Shown piece by piece: positions 14,201-24,534 of a stretch of 64,000 nucleotides of DNA (position 1 is the stretch's first letter; each line of letters starts with the position of its first letter). Made by a program: the position numbers and the translations under genes. The DNA comes from Leucoraja ocellata. Lineage: Eukaryota. The notes under the pieces are model-generated. The model had not been told where the DNA came from. It did no database searches and saw only the letters and a list, made by a program, of their open reading frames with translations. The DNA is taken from contig JAWMAR010000780.1 of NCBI GenBank assembly GCA_036785375.1, forward strand, positions 496,001-560,000, in the 5' to 3' direction.

Positions 14201-16818
14201 CTGATTTATGCCCTGCAGTATTCTTAAACAAGATCTTCGCAATCTATAATTTCATCAATTGCCACGTGGAGCTTTGTCAAAAGACTTACTGAAATCCACT
14301 ACTACTTTCTTCATCAATTTTCATAGTTACCTCTTCAAAGAAAAACTCAGACCTGCAAGTACTAGTTCCTTGAAGTGGCGTCACAGGTGCTGTAGATAGG
14401 ATGGCTAAGGCGACTTTTGGAACATTGGCCATTGGTCAGGGTATTGAACATGGAAGTTGTGTTGTTATGTTGCAGTTGTTCATGATGTTGGCAAGACTAT
14501 ACTTGCAGTATTGTGTTCATGTTTGGTCACCTTACTATAGGAAGAATGCTGTTAAGCTGGAAGAGTGCAGAGGAGATTTACCAGAATATTGCCAGGACCC
14601 GAGGGCCTGAGTTGTAGGAAGAGGTTGGGCAAGATAGAATTTGGAGTGCATAAGGCTGAGGGGTGACATTGTAGAGGTATATAAAAACATGAATGGAACA
14701 GTTTTTTACCCAGAATAGGGGAATTAAAAACCAGGGGACATAGGTTTAAGGTGAGAGGGGAAAGATTTATTTGGAATCTGAAGCACCTTTTTCACAAAAA
14801 GGGTAGTGTGTATATGGAATGAGCTGCCAGAGGAGGCAGTTAAGACAGGTACTGTAACAACATTTTGAGAGACATTTAGACAGATAGGAAAGGTGTAGAG
14901 ATATGGGCCAAACGCAGACGGGTGGGACTAGCTTAGATGGGGCATTTTGGTCGGCATGGACAAGTTGAGCCAAAGGGCCTATTTCCATGCTGTGTGACTC
15001 TACGGTACCTGGCCAATGGATTTCCATGCCCAACGATCCGTAGATACCAATCCACTTAAATATTGTCAATGACTCTGCTTCCCTCACTGTCTCCAGCAGT
15101 ATATTAGATAATAGACAATAGGTGCAGAAGTAGGCCATTTGGCCCTTCAAACCAGCACCGCCATTCAATGTGATCAATCATTTACAATCAGTACCCCGTT
15201 CCTGCCTTTTCTCCATATCCCTTAACTCTGCTATCTCGAAGAGCTCTATCTAACTCTCTCTTGAAAGCATCCAGAGAACCAGCCTCGACCGCCCTCTGAG
15301 GCCGAGACTTCCACACACTCACAACTCTCTGTGTGAAAAAGATTTTCCTCGTCACCTTTCTAAATGGGTTACCACTTATTTTTAAACTATGGCCCCTGGT
15401 TCTGGACCACCGACATTAAGAACTCGCTTCCTGCCTCTAGCATGTCCAAACCCTTAATAATCTTATATGTTTCAATAAGAGCCCCACTCATCCTTCTAAA
15501 CTCGAGAGTGTACAAGCCCAGCCGCTCCAATCTATCAACATATGACAGTCCCGCCATCCCGGGATTTAACCTCGTGAACCTATGCTGCACTCCCTCAATA
15601 GCAAGAATATCCTTTCTCAGGTTTGGAGACAAAAATTGCACACAATACTCCAGGTATGGTCTCACTAGGGCCCTGTACAACTGCAGGTGGACCTCTTTGA
15701 TCCTATACTCAACTCCTCTTGTTATGAAGCCTAACATGCCATTCACTTTCTTCACTGCCTGCTATACCTGCATGCTTACTTTCAGTGATTGATGAACAAG
15801 GACCCCCAGGTCCCACTGTACTTCCCCTGTACTTTTCCCAACTTGACACCATATAGATAATAATCTGCCTTCCTGTTTTTGCCACCAAAGTGGATAATCT
15901 CACTTTTATCTACATTAAACTGCATCTGCCATGTATCTGCCCACTCACCCAACCTGTCCAAGTCACCCTGCATCCTCATAGCATCCTCCTCACAGTTCAC
16001 ACTGCCAGCCAGCTTTGGCTCATATATTCCAAGTACTCACCACTCTCTGCGTGAAAAAGTTGCCCCCTGAAAACCAACATCTGGAGTTTGTTGTTTCATC
16101 ATTCTGGTGAAACTCCTCTGCACACTCCCCAGCACTATCACATCCTTCCTATTGTGAGGTGACCATAACTGCCTGCAGTACTCAATCTGACAAATATAAA
16201 AGTTGGAGAACAACCTCTCTGCTGTTGTACTCAATGACCCAATTAAAGGCGGCTGATGTTCCATAGGTATTTTTAAACACATTATCTACTTGTGCTACCA
16301 CCTTTGTGGATCTTTCGCCTAGTCTACTTTTGGACATCCCTTTGTTCCTCAAAACCCTACCATTCATGGAGCATGTCCCAGCCTCATTAGTACTCCCAAA
16401 ATATATTATCTCACATCTGTCAGGATTAAGTTCCAACTGCCATTTCTCAGACCAGCACGTCGACATGACCCTGTAGTCCCGACTACCCCTCACACAGTCA
16501 ACATCAATCTTTGTGTCATTGATGAATTTACTGGTGGTGCTCCTACATCCAACTCACTCACGGACATTACATGCAGCAAGGGTTATCAAGCACCGGTTCC
16601 TATGGGACTGCGCTAGTCACAAAACACCCCCACCTTGTCTCCCTCACTGTGGACACGAGTTATCCTCCTGCCGTCTCCCGCATTGTGGACACGAGTTATC
16701 CTCCTGCCACCACCATGGCCGACAAGATGCAGAATTATCCCGCAGAGCACCAGCAAGCCCTACCTGCGGCGGCCTTGGGCCAAGCGGAGGCGCCCTGAGC
16801 AGAGTCCCCAGGCTCCAT
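5115..16818 (-). CDS. BLOC1S6: Pallidin / BLOC-1 subunit 6, spliced gene (coding exons 16764-16818, 13348-13492, 9374-9461, 7179-7265, 5115-5234; 164 aa)
   Basis: Exons join in frame via GT-AG sites to give MEPGDSAQGASAWPKAAAG-LSESITE...EKLTEGLISHYLPDLKQLKNALQELT-QNQVVLLDTLEQQIAKFRECHLVLDINAL-FTEAKCYHDKLVNIRREMVTLHEKTSRLK-KRALKLQQQRRKDELEHEQRREKELERERQLIAKPAKLV*. This closely matches vertebrate pallidin as recalled. Confidence 0.95.
7179..7265 (-). CDS. BLOC1S6: BLOC1S6 coding exon 4
   Basis: gcag| ... |gtatgg; encodes FTEAKCYHDKLVNIRREMVTLHEKTSRLK. Confidence 0.95.
7532..8172 (-). mobile_element. CR1 LINE 3' end (well preserved, 5'-truncated)
   Basis: Open ORF2 C-terminus LYRVLVRPHLEYCVQFWSP...RRLRGDLIE...[14 protein letters not shown]; (tttctatg)n tail. 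Confidence 0.9.
9100..9345 (-). mobile_element. Probable LINE 3' tail fragment next to BLOC1S6 exon 3
   Basis: A/T-rich simple-repeat tail (ttta)n plus a gtccgaaaaggagcaggaagaagc motif resembling L2-clade 3' ends; family not resolved. Confidence 0.35.
9374..9461 (-). CDS. BLOC1S6: BLOC1S6 coding exon 3
   Basis: ctag| ... |gtaagt; encodes QNQVVLLDTLEQQIAKFRECHLVLDINAL. Confidence 0.95.
10490..11210 (-). mobile_element. Degenerate Rex1/Babar-like LINE RT C-terminus and 3'UTR
   Basis: ESFKFL..NLSWTNH..HFLLRR..NFYSCTLESIL. Confidence 0.65.
11490..12405 (+). mobile_element. Old CR1 LINE fragment
   Basis: Degenerate CR1 ORF2 (ggagtactgtgta, gatttgattgaaacata-like) and 3' end (gcctacttctgc). Confidence 0.6.
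13348..13492 (-). CDS. BLOC1S6: BLOC1S6 coding exon 2
   Basis: tcag| ... |gtatgt; encodes LTEGLISHYLPDL..ALQELT. Confidence 0.95.
13765..14125 (+). mobile_element. Rex1/Babar-like LINE 3' end
   Basis: ggaacagcttcttcccctctgttatc..., aataaa and (taa)n tail. Confidence 0.55.
14360..15003 (+). mobile_element. CR1 LINE fragment
   Basis: LARLYLQYCVHVWSPYYRK; 3' end gggcctatttccatgctgt. Confidence 0.75.
15105..16015 (-). mobile_element. CR1 LINE 3' fragment
   Basis: QGDLDRLGEWADTWQMQFNVDK; LYRALVRPYLEYCVQF. Confidence 0.88.
16085..16555 (-). mobile_element. Old CR1 LINE fragment
   Basis: WSEKWQLELNPDRCEII; EYCRQLWSP. Confidence 0.65.
16637..16708. repeat. 36-bp direct tandem duplication in BLOC1S6 intron 1
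   Basis: gtctccc.ca.tgtggacacgagttatcctcctgcc x2. Confidence 0.9.
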
Positions 16819-17230
16819 GGTTTACCGGCCGCGCCGGGCCTCACACCGGCGGCCTCCTGTTGGTGTAATGGGAAAAGGTCAAGGCGGTAACCGACCAGTG
16901 GAACAGGCCGATCCGTGGCCCACTCCCCGGCCCGAACCCCCACACCGTCCACCCCTCGCCCAGCGCCAGCCCGGACCCGCGCCCGTCAGCCACCGTATAA
17001 TCCGTGTAAGTACATATACAAACACAAGCCGCTTGCGCCGCAACAGCTAACAGTATGCAGGAGTCGAGATGTGTTCCGGGAACGACCGAGGCTGCGCTTC
17101 ATGCCCTGATTCCGCCTCCAGCGGAACCCGGCTCGCCGAGAGAACTCGCTCCGTCCCACAGGCCCGACCCTCGTACCCTCTCCACCAGAGCCCCAGACAT
17201 CGGATCTGTCCAATTCTACTCGCGTCCTTT
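16700..17230. promoter_or_regulatory. CpG island / BLOC1S6 promoter
   Basis: GC- and CpG-rich segment spanning the first coding exon. Confidence 0.7.
16764..16818 (-). CDS. BLOC1S6: BLOC1S6 coding exon 1
   Basis: Strong Kozak aaaccATGG in a CpG island; phase-1 donor cag|gtaggg is compatible with exon 2. The N-terminus is poorly conserved, so this exon is inferred. Confidence 0.75.
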
Positions 17231-17559
17231 ACTCCGCTACCACTTATTTATTTACTATAGGTTGCTCATTTCTCGCTTTCCATAAATTCCAAGGTGCTTT
17301 CCCCGATTCTGCCAGTGAAAATGATGCAAACGCCCCTCCCATTCCTTTATTTATTTTATAATTTCTGAGTGTATCTGCAGAACCCTCGTCGTCTTTCCCA
17401 AGTTTCGTTTTACATAGTTACAGAAATGAGTGTAATATGCATAAATAAGGAACTGCAAATGCTGGTTACTAAAAACGGCACCAAGTGCTGGAGTAGCTCA
17501 GCGGGTCAAGCAGCATCTCTGGAGAACATGGATAGGTTGGGTGATGTATCAAATGATTA

Positions 17560-19360
17560 CTTGCAGTGACTGGTGTACAAGGACACCCAGGACTTGTTGC
17601 ACCTCCCGTTTTCCTAATCTGACACTATTAAGATAATCATAACTTTTTTTTTGTTCTTGCCACCAAAGTGGATAATCTCACATTTATCCACATTATACTG
17701 CATCTGGTTTGCATCTGCCCACTCACCCAACCTATCCAAGTCACCCTGCAGAGTCATAGCACCCTCCTCGCAACTCACACTGCCACCCAGCTTTGTGTCA
17801 TCCCAAAACGTGGAGATGTGACATTTAATTCCCTCGTCTAAATCGTTAATATATATATATTTTTTTTATAAATCATGTTTCTCTGGGTATCTAAATTTTT
17901 AGTTGTTTGTTATGACATCGGATGGAAGCTGCATACTAAATCTCGTTGCACCTATGTGCAATGACAATAAAATATATTATTATTATTGTAAATAATTGGT
18001 GTCCAAGCACTGAGCCTTGCGGCACCTCATTAGTCATTACCTGCCATAAAGGACCTGTTAATTCCTACTCTTTGCTTCCTGTCTACCAACCAGTTCGCTA
18101 TCCATGTCAATACCCTACCCTCAATACCATGTACTCTAATTTTGCACACTAATCTCTTATGTGGGACCTTACCAAAGGCTTTTTGAAAGTCCAGATACAC
18201 CACATCCACTGGCTCTCCTTTATCCATTCTACTTGTTACATCCTCAAAAAATTCCAGAAGGTTAGGCAAGCATGATTTCCCCTTCATAAATCCATGTTGA
18301 CTTTGACCGATCCTGTCACTGCCTTCCAAATGTACTGCTATTACATCTTTAATAATCGACTCAAGCATCTTCCCCACTACAGATGTCAGGCTAGCTGGCC
18401 TATAATTCCTTTTTCTCTCTCCCTCCTTTCTTAAAAAGTCCACAGGAACTGATCCAGAGACTATAGAACATTGGAGAATGATCACCAATGCAGCCACGAT
18501 TTATAGGTCCACCTCCTTGAGTACTCTGGGATGCAGACCATCAGGCCTTACAGATTTATCTGCTTTCAATCCCAACAGTTTACCTAACACAATTTCCTGA
18601 TTAATGTGGATTCCCTTCAGTTCCTCCCTCCCACTAGAACCTCGGTCCCCTAATATTTCTGGCAAATTGTGAAGACATAACCAGAGTACTCATTTAACTG
18701 TTTTGCCATTTCCTGGTTTCCCATTATTAATTCACCTGTTGCTGACTGGAAGGGACATACTGTACATTTGTCTTAACTAATCGGCCAATTCGGAAACTCC
18801 AAGCCGCGAGTGTGTTCCGATCTGTTCCGACGCTGGAGATTTGATCAACCCGGCGAGAGGGCCTGTACATCGGGCCGTCCGACACGGCGACTGCAGAGGA
18901 TTAAAAGGCCCCGACCACGGGTGAACAAAGAGGAAGATGACTGAACTTCCATCACAGTGGGAAACGTTGATTCCGTTGTGGTGGATGTTTATGTTAAACT
19001 CTATCGTGTATCGTGTTCTTTTTATTTGTATGGCTGTATGGTAACACCAATTTCACTGTACCAATTGGAGCATGTGACAATAAATATGAAGGTGAACATA
19101 ATTTTTTCCTCTTCACATATCTAAAGAAGATTTTAGAGTCAGTGTTTATATTCCCTGAAACTTTCTTTCATGCTCTAATTTCCCCCTCTTAATTAACCCC
19201 TTTGTCCTCTGTTGAATTCAAAATTTCTCCCAGTCTTCCAGTTTGCTGCTTCCTCTGGCTAATTTATATGCCTCTTCCTTGGATTTAACACTTTCCTAAT
19301 TTCCTTCGTTCGCCACAGTTGAGCCGCCTTCTTCATTTTATTTTTACGCCTGACAGGGAT
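17560..19360 (-). mobile_element. CR1 LINE ORF2 (RT) fragment interrupted by other inserts
   Basis: NYRPASLTSVVGKMLE..QHGFMKGKSCL.NLLEFFE..VYLDFQKAF. Confidence 0.88.
18780..19095 (+). mobile_element. Short non-autonomous retroposon nested in CR1; related copy at about 37060-37345 (-)
   Basis: Shared ccccgaccac.ggtga.caaag.ggaaga..ttccatcacagtg..gatgtttatgttaaa with 37060-37345 reversed; caataaa tail. Confidence 0.6.
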
Positions 19361-19364
19361 GACT

Positions 19365-20822
19365 AGTTACATCCTCAAAAAATTCCAGAAGATTATTCAA
19401 GCATGATTTTCCTTTCGTAAATCCATGCTGACTCAGACCAATCCTGCTACTGCTATCCAAATATGCTGCTATTTCATCTTTTATAATTGACTCCAGCATC
19501 ACCCCACCACCAATGTGTCAGGTTAACTGGTCTATAATTCCCTGTTTTCTCTCTCCCGCCTTTCTCAACAAGTGGGATAACATTAGCAACCCCCCAATCC
19601 ACAGGAACTGATCCTGAATATATAGAGAATATTGGAAAATGATCACCAATGCATCCATGATTTCTAGAACCACTTCCTTAAGTACCCTGGAATGCAGACC
19701 ATCAGGCCCTGGGGATTTATCAGCCTTCAGTCCCATCAGTCTACCCAACACCATTTCTTGCCTAGTGTGAATTTCCTTCAGTTCCTCCGTCACCCTAGAT
19801 CCTCTGGCTGCTAGTACATCAGGGAGATCGTTTGTACCTTCCTTAGTGAAGACAGAACCAAAGTACCTGTTTAACTCTTCTGCCATTTCCTTGTTCCCCA
19901 ATAAGTCCACCATATTATGGTCACTGTTGCCCAAGGGGCTTTGCACAACAAGATTGCTAACTAATCCTTCCTCATTCCACAATACCCAGTCTAGGATGGC
20001 CAGTTCTACACATTTGTTTACAAAACCATCCCCTATACATTCCAGGATATCCTCGTCAGCATTGTAACCAATTTGTTTAGCCCAATCTATATGTAGATTA
20101 AAATCACCCATGATAACTGCTGTGCCTTTGCTACACGCATGCCTGGTTTCCTGTTTGATGTTATTCCTAACCTCACTACTGCTATTTGGTGGTCTGTACA
20201 CATCTCCAACAAGCGTTTCCTGCCTTTGGCTATTTCGCGGTTCTACCCATACAGATTGTACAGCATCCAAGCGAATGTCTCTCCTTGCTATTGCATTAAT
20301 CTCCTCTTTAACCAGCAATGCCACCCCACCTCCTCTTCCTTTCTGTCTATCCTTCCTGAATCTTGAATACCCCCAGCATATTGAGCTCCCAGCCTTGGTC
20401 ACCCTGGAGCCTCCGTAATCCCAACTATATCATATCCGTTAACAACTAACTGCGCATTTAATTCATCCACCTTATTACGAATGCTCCTCGCATTAAGGTA
20501 CAAAGCTTTCAGATTTGTTTTTCTTTTCTCCCTTCTACCTTTTGCTTCTCCCCTCAACCTACAGCCCTCTGTCTCCCATCATTGGTTCCCATCCTCCTGC
20601 CCTATTAGTTTAAACATGATTATTCCTACACTCTCTTTCCCATTAACTGCACACACACACTTCCACGTTGTTGCCCCCCCCCCCTCTCAATATTTAGTTT
20701 AAACCCACCCGTGTAGCACTAGCAAACCTACCTGTCAGAATGTTGGTCCTCTTCCAATTAAGGTGCAACCTGTCCCTTTTGTACAGGTTACCTCTTCCCT
20801 AGAAGAGATCCCAGTGGTCTAG
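19365..20822 (-). mobile_element. CR1 LINE endonuclease-to-RT fragment (second copy)
   Basis: RKDRQKGRGGGVALLVKE..YRPPNS..MGDFN..LGNSDHN..KSPGPDGLH. Confidence 0.9.
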
Positions 20823-21019
20823 AAGCACAAATTTAGGTTCCTATTCATAACTAAAATCCCTTATTCTTACAGCCATTCTCATGCATCTCCTCAACATCCA
20901 CGTAAGACCAATTGTACCAGAAATAGTATTCCAGGTATAACTTATCCAGAGCTTTATAAAGTTTCAGAACAATTTTCTAGAGGTAAGTTCCTCCAGCATT
21001 TTGTTTTTCTTGTGAACCA

Positions 21020-21990
21020 TCCTCTGGACCATCTGCAATGGGGCCTAAGTCAGGTATGGGGCCTAAATCTGCTCATAATATTCCAAATAAGGCCTGACTT
21101 GCACCTTATAAAGCCTCATCATTACATCCTTGCTTTTATATTCTGGTCCTCTAGAAATGAATGCTGACATTGCATTTGCCTTTTCTCACCAACCCAACCA
21201 GCGTAATAACCTTCTGGAAATCCTACGCCAGCACTCTCAATCCCTTTGCACCTCCAATTTCAGAACCCTTTCCCCATTTGGAAAATAGTCTGTGTCTTTA
21301 TTCCTTTGACCAAAGTGCATGACCGTACACTTTGCTACACTCTATTCCATTTGACACTACATTGAACACTCTCCCAACCTATTTAATTCCTTCTGCAGGT
21401 CCCCTGCTTCCTGGCCATCCATCTATTTTTGCATCATCTGCAAACTTGGCCGCAAAGCCTTCAGTTCCATCATCCAGATCATTGATATGAAACGTAGCCG
21501 ACCAACTCCTGAGGAACACTACTAGTCACCGGCAGCCAACACGAAAAGGCCCCTTTATTCACACTCATTGCCTTCCGCTAGTCAGCCAATCTTCTGTCCA
21601 TGCAAGTACCTTGCTTTGAATACCATGAGCTCCTATCTTATTTAGCAGCCTCACATGCGGCACCTTATCAGTGGCCCTCGGAAAATCCAACATCGTCCAC
21701 TGACTCTCTTTTGTCTATCCTGCTTGTTACTTCGTCAGAGAATTCTAATAGATTTGTCAGGCAAAATCTCCCCTTTACAAAACCATTCTGCATTCACCAT
21801 CATATATCATGTACTTTGAAGTACCTGGAAACCTGATCCTTATAATGGACTCTAAAATTTTATTAACCACCGAAGTCAGACTTCTGGCAAAAATTTCCTT
21901 TTTTTTGGCCACGCTCCTTCTTATACAGTGGGGGTTAGGTTACATTCATGATTTTCAAGTCCTCTGGAACCATTCCTAACAGGTGATTCA
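21020..21990 (-). mobile_element. Old CR1 LINE RT fragment
   Basis: gcatcatctgcaaacttgg (KFADD) and other CR1 RT motifs, degenerate. Confidence 0.7.
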
Positions 21991-23049
21991 TGCTGAAGTG
22001 TAAAATCCCATATGCTTTGTTAAGCATTCACTCAACGTGTCCTGCCATCTTCAAACATGAATCTCAAGTCACACTATTGCTGCACATCCTTCAGAACAGT
22101 GCCATTAAGTTTTTATTGCATTTTTCCATTCCTTCTCCAAAAATGTATCACCTCACAATTCAGTACTAAATTCTATTTCCACCCCTCTGCCCATTCTGCT
22201 CGCCTTTGTCATATTGCAGACAATTAAATTGTATTCCAATATTCATTTCACTCACAGTGAACAAAGCATTCCCTTTGACCAGCGAACTCAACTTCTTCCA
22301 CTTGCACACACTCCTCCCAACAACTACCGAAGCATACCCAACACATTAAAGATAACCCCACCCATCTCTCAAGACCTCTTAGCTCTTTGACATTTGCAGC
22401 CTGGTAATTGGGTTGAACAATGAAGCACTAGGCGTTAACCACACAAGGAAAATATAAACAACATTCAATTGCCAAAGAAGATGCAGCAATCTCTGACCAC
22501 CAGCCACATGATGAACTCCTCCTCAAGAGATCCATTTTTGTGGCATCCCAACCCTTGGAAGAATTACTAACCTAATTGTAGAACAAGGCGACCAGGTGAT
22601 TCTAGCATTAACATTGGCACACTGTCTGATAGATACACACAAAGTGCTGGAGTAACTCAGCAGATCAGGCAGCATATTTAGAGAAAAAGGAAGGGTCATG
22701 TTTCAGGTGCGAACCCTTCTTCAGACTTTTTTTCCAGAGATGCTGCCCGACCCTCTGAGTCTATCCTCAGTATAAATCTGCATTTGTAGTTCCTTCCTAC
22801 ACAACTGTCTATTGTGAAAATAAGACAACCACTTGCCACAACACGTTATCTTCCATCCTTGAGCCATTTTTTCAGAGCTGATCCTCAATTGTGTTCAATT
22901 TAAATTATTGGAGAAACTCGTTCGTCGAGCAGCATCTGTGGGAGGAAAATAATTGTTGACGTTTTACTTGTCCAGACTCAACGCGAGGATTTAAGATTAA
23001 TAAGCCAAAAAATAAATTGTAAAGTAAGAACAAATAATACTTGTCAGGT

Positions 23050-23450
23050 CGGACAGCTTCTGTGGAGAAAGGCGCGGGGGGAGGGCCCGTTGGACGTGCG
23101 CGGGGAGGGTACTTGCGCCCCCCTCTGGCTCAGCCCCGCACTACACTTGGCGTCACAGGCCGAGTTGTTGGAGGCGGGGAGAGGGTCAAAGTCGCCCTCA
23201 AACCGCGATTGGCTGTGGTTACCATCAATCATGTGCTCCTGGCATCTGATAGGCTGGAAACCTATTACCGTCACCGGGGGGCGTTGCTGATTCTAATGCC
23301 CATCGTGATAGGCTGATTGCGTTGGCAGCTGTGTCCGAGCGCCGGGCCCTGGGGTGAGCTGGGCGCCGGGGTCGCGCCTCCCGCCTTGGCTTGCTTACGC
23401 TTCACGTCGCACGGACGAGATATGATGCCGTCCCGGGGTTGGTAGTCCGG
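23050..23450 (+). promoter_or_regulatory. CpG island / SLC30A4 promoter and probable non-coding exon 1
   Basis: CpG-rich, with GC boxes and an inverted CCAAT (gattggct, about 23208); lies upstream of the first coding exon. Confidence 0.65.
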
Positions 23451-24101
23451 GAGAGTGGTCCCTGCAGAGACCTTTGAGGGAAGCTCTGGGCTGGGTCCTG
23501 GAGGGTGTCCGGGGCTTGGGGGTCTTCAAGGCCGAGGGTCTGGCAGTGAATGTGACCATTGACGAACCCAGGCGCTGCTTTAAAGCAGAGCAACATCATG
23601 TATCTGCGCTGAGATTACTGATTGCTGTCGGCTTGTTGAGTTCACACTGGGAAGTCCTGTGGCTTCCTTGGTTTGCATAGGGAAATGTCAAACATTCCTA
23701 CTTGCTTTGCTTTGCTTCGGGTCTGCTTTTGGTAACGGGCTCTGTTGGTGTGTTGTGATATTTCAGCGATAACATCAGGGAACGGGTGACTGATTTCTCC
23801 GAGACTGGCCACTGTGATTGGAGAGAGCTGAGCCATGAAATGAGAATGCGTTGAGAGATGTCAGCACTTTGAACATGTTGTCCCTGTACACAGTGCACTG
23901 GATCGGAAGGCTAACACTTGTGTTGCAGTGATCGGTGAATGCAGTTAATGTGTTTCTGTTTGTTGCAGGGTGTTCTGACGATGCTGGGTTAATCATTGCT
24001 GGTCTCCTGGGGCAGAAAAGAAGCAGCATTAGAACTGTAAAGGAGGAAGGAATATCCAGCTCTGACCAACACTTGGTGTCCATTGCTGACCTTGAGTGAT
24101 C

Positions 24102-24534
24102 ATGGCTAAATCCTTATGGAGTAAATTGAAGTCATTCACCCACCAAGATGACGGAGCCTGCACTGACTTAACAAGTGACACTGTTGCACTAGACTTTGCT
24201 GATGATGCAGAGGACGATGGAGATATGTCGACATTCAACAGTACCTGTACACTGCAAGTGGTCACTTTTGATCAGACTGAGGAGATTGCAAATGTGCCGA
24301 TTGTGATTTGTAATGGGAGCACGGAAGCCAATGGCGAGAGCACCAACACTCATGAGGAGTTGGAGGCTTTTCAGAAACCAGGCTTGCAGGATGAATTTCA
24401 AGAAGCTGGGCAGTGTAATGAGGAATGCAAACATTGTACAAAGAACTCAGAATTAGTCAAGCAGAGGACAGTAAAAAGAAAATTGTGGATTGCTGTTATA
24501 CTCTACAGTTTGTTTACCGTTGGAGAACTTGTGG
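24102..24534 (+). CDS. SLC30A4: SLC30A4 first coding exon (exon acceptor at about 23969)
   Basis: atcATGG Kozak; [11 protein letters not shown]...[20 protein letters not shown]; donor g|gtaagt. Confidence 0.92.

Noticed and set aside
16637-16708. 36-bp direct repeats as a CRISPR-like array
   Set aside because: Only two adjacent units with no spacers, in a eukaryotic intron.
16986-17213. Alternative BLOC1S6 exon 1 candidates (ATG at about 17200)
   Set aside because: No good phase-1 donor; the ATG at 16818 has a better Kozak context and a compatible donor.
23114-23120. Single MTF1 metal-response element TGCGCCC in the SLC30A4 promoter
   Set aside because: One 7-mer in GC-rich DNA is expected by chance; no cluster seen.
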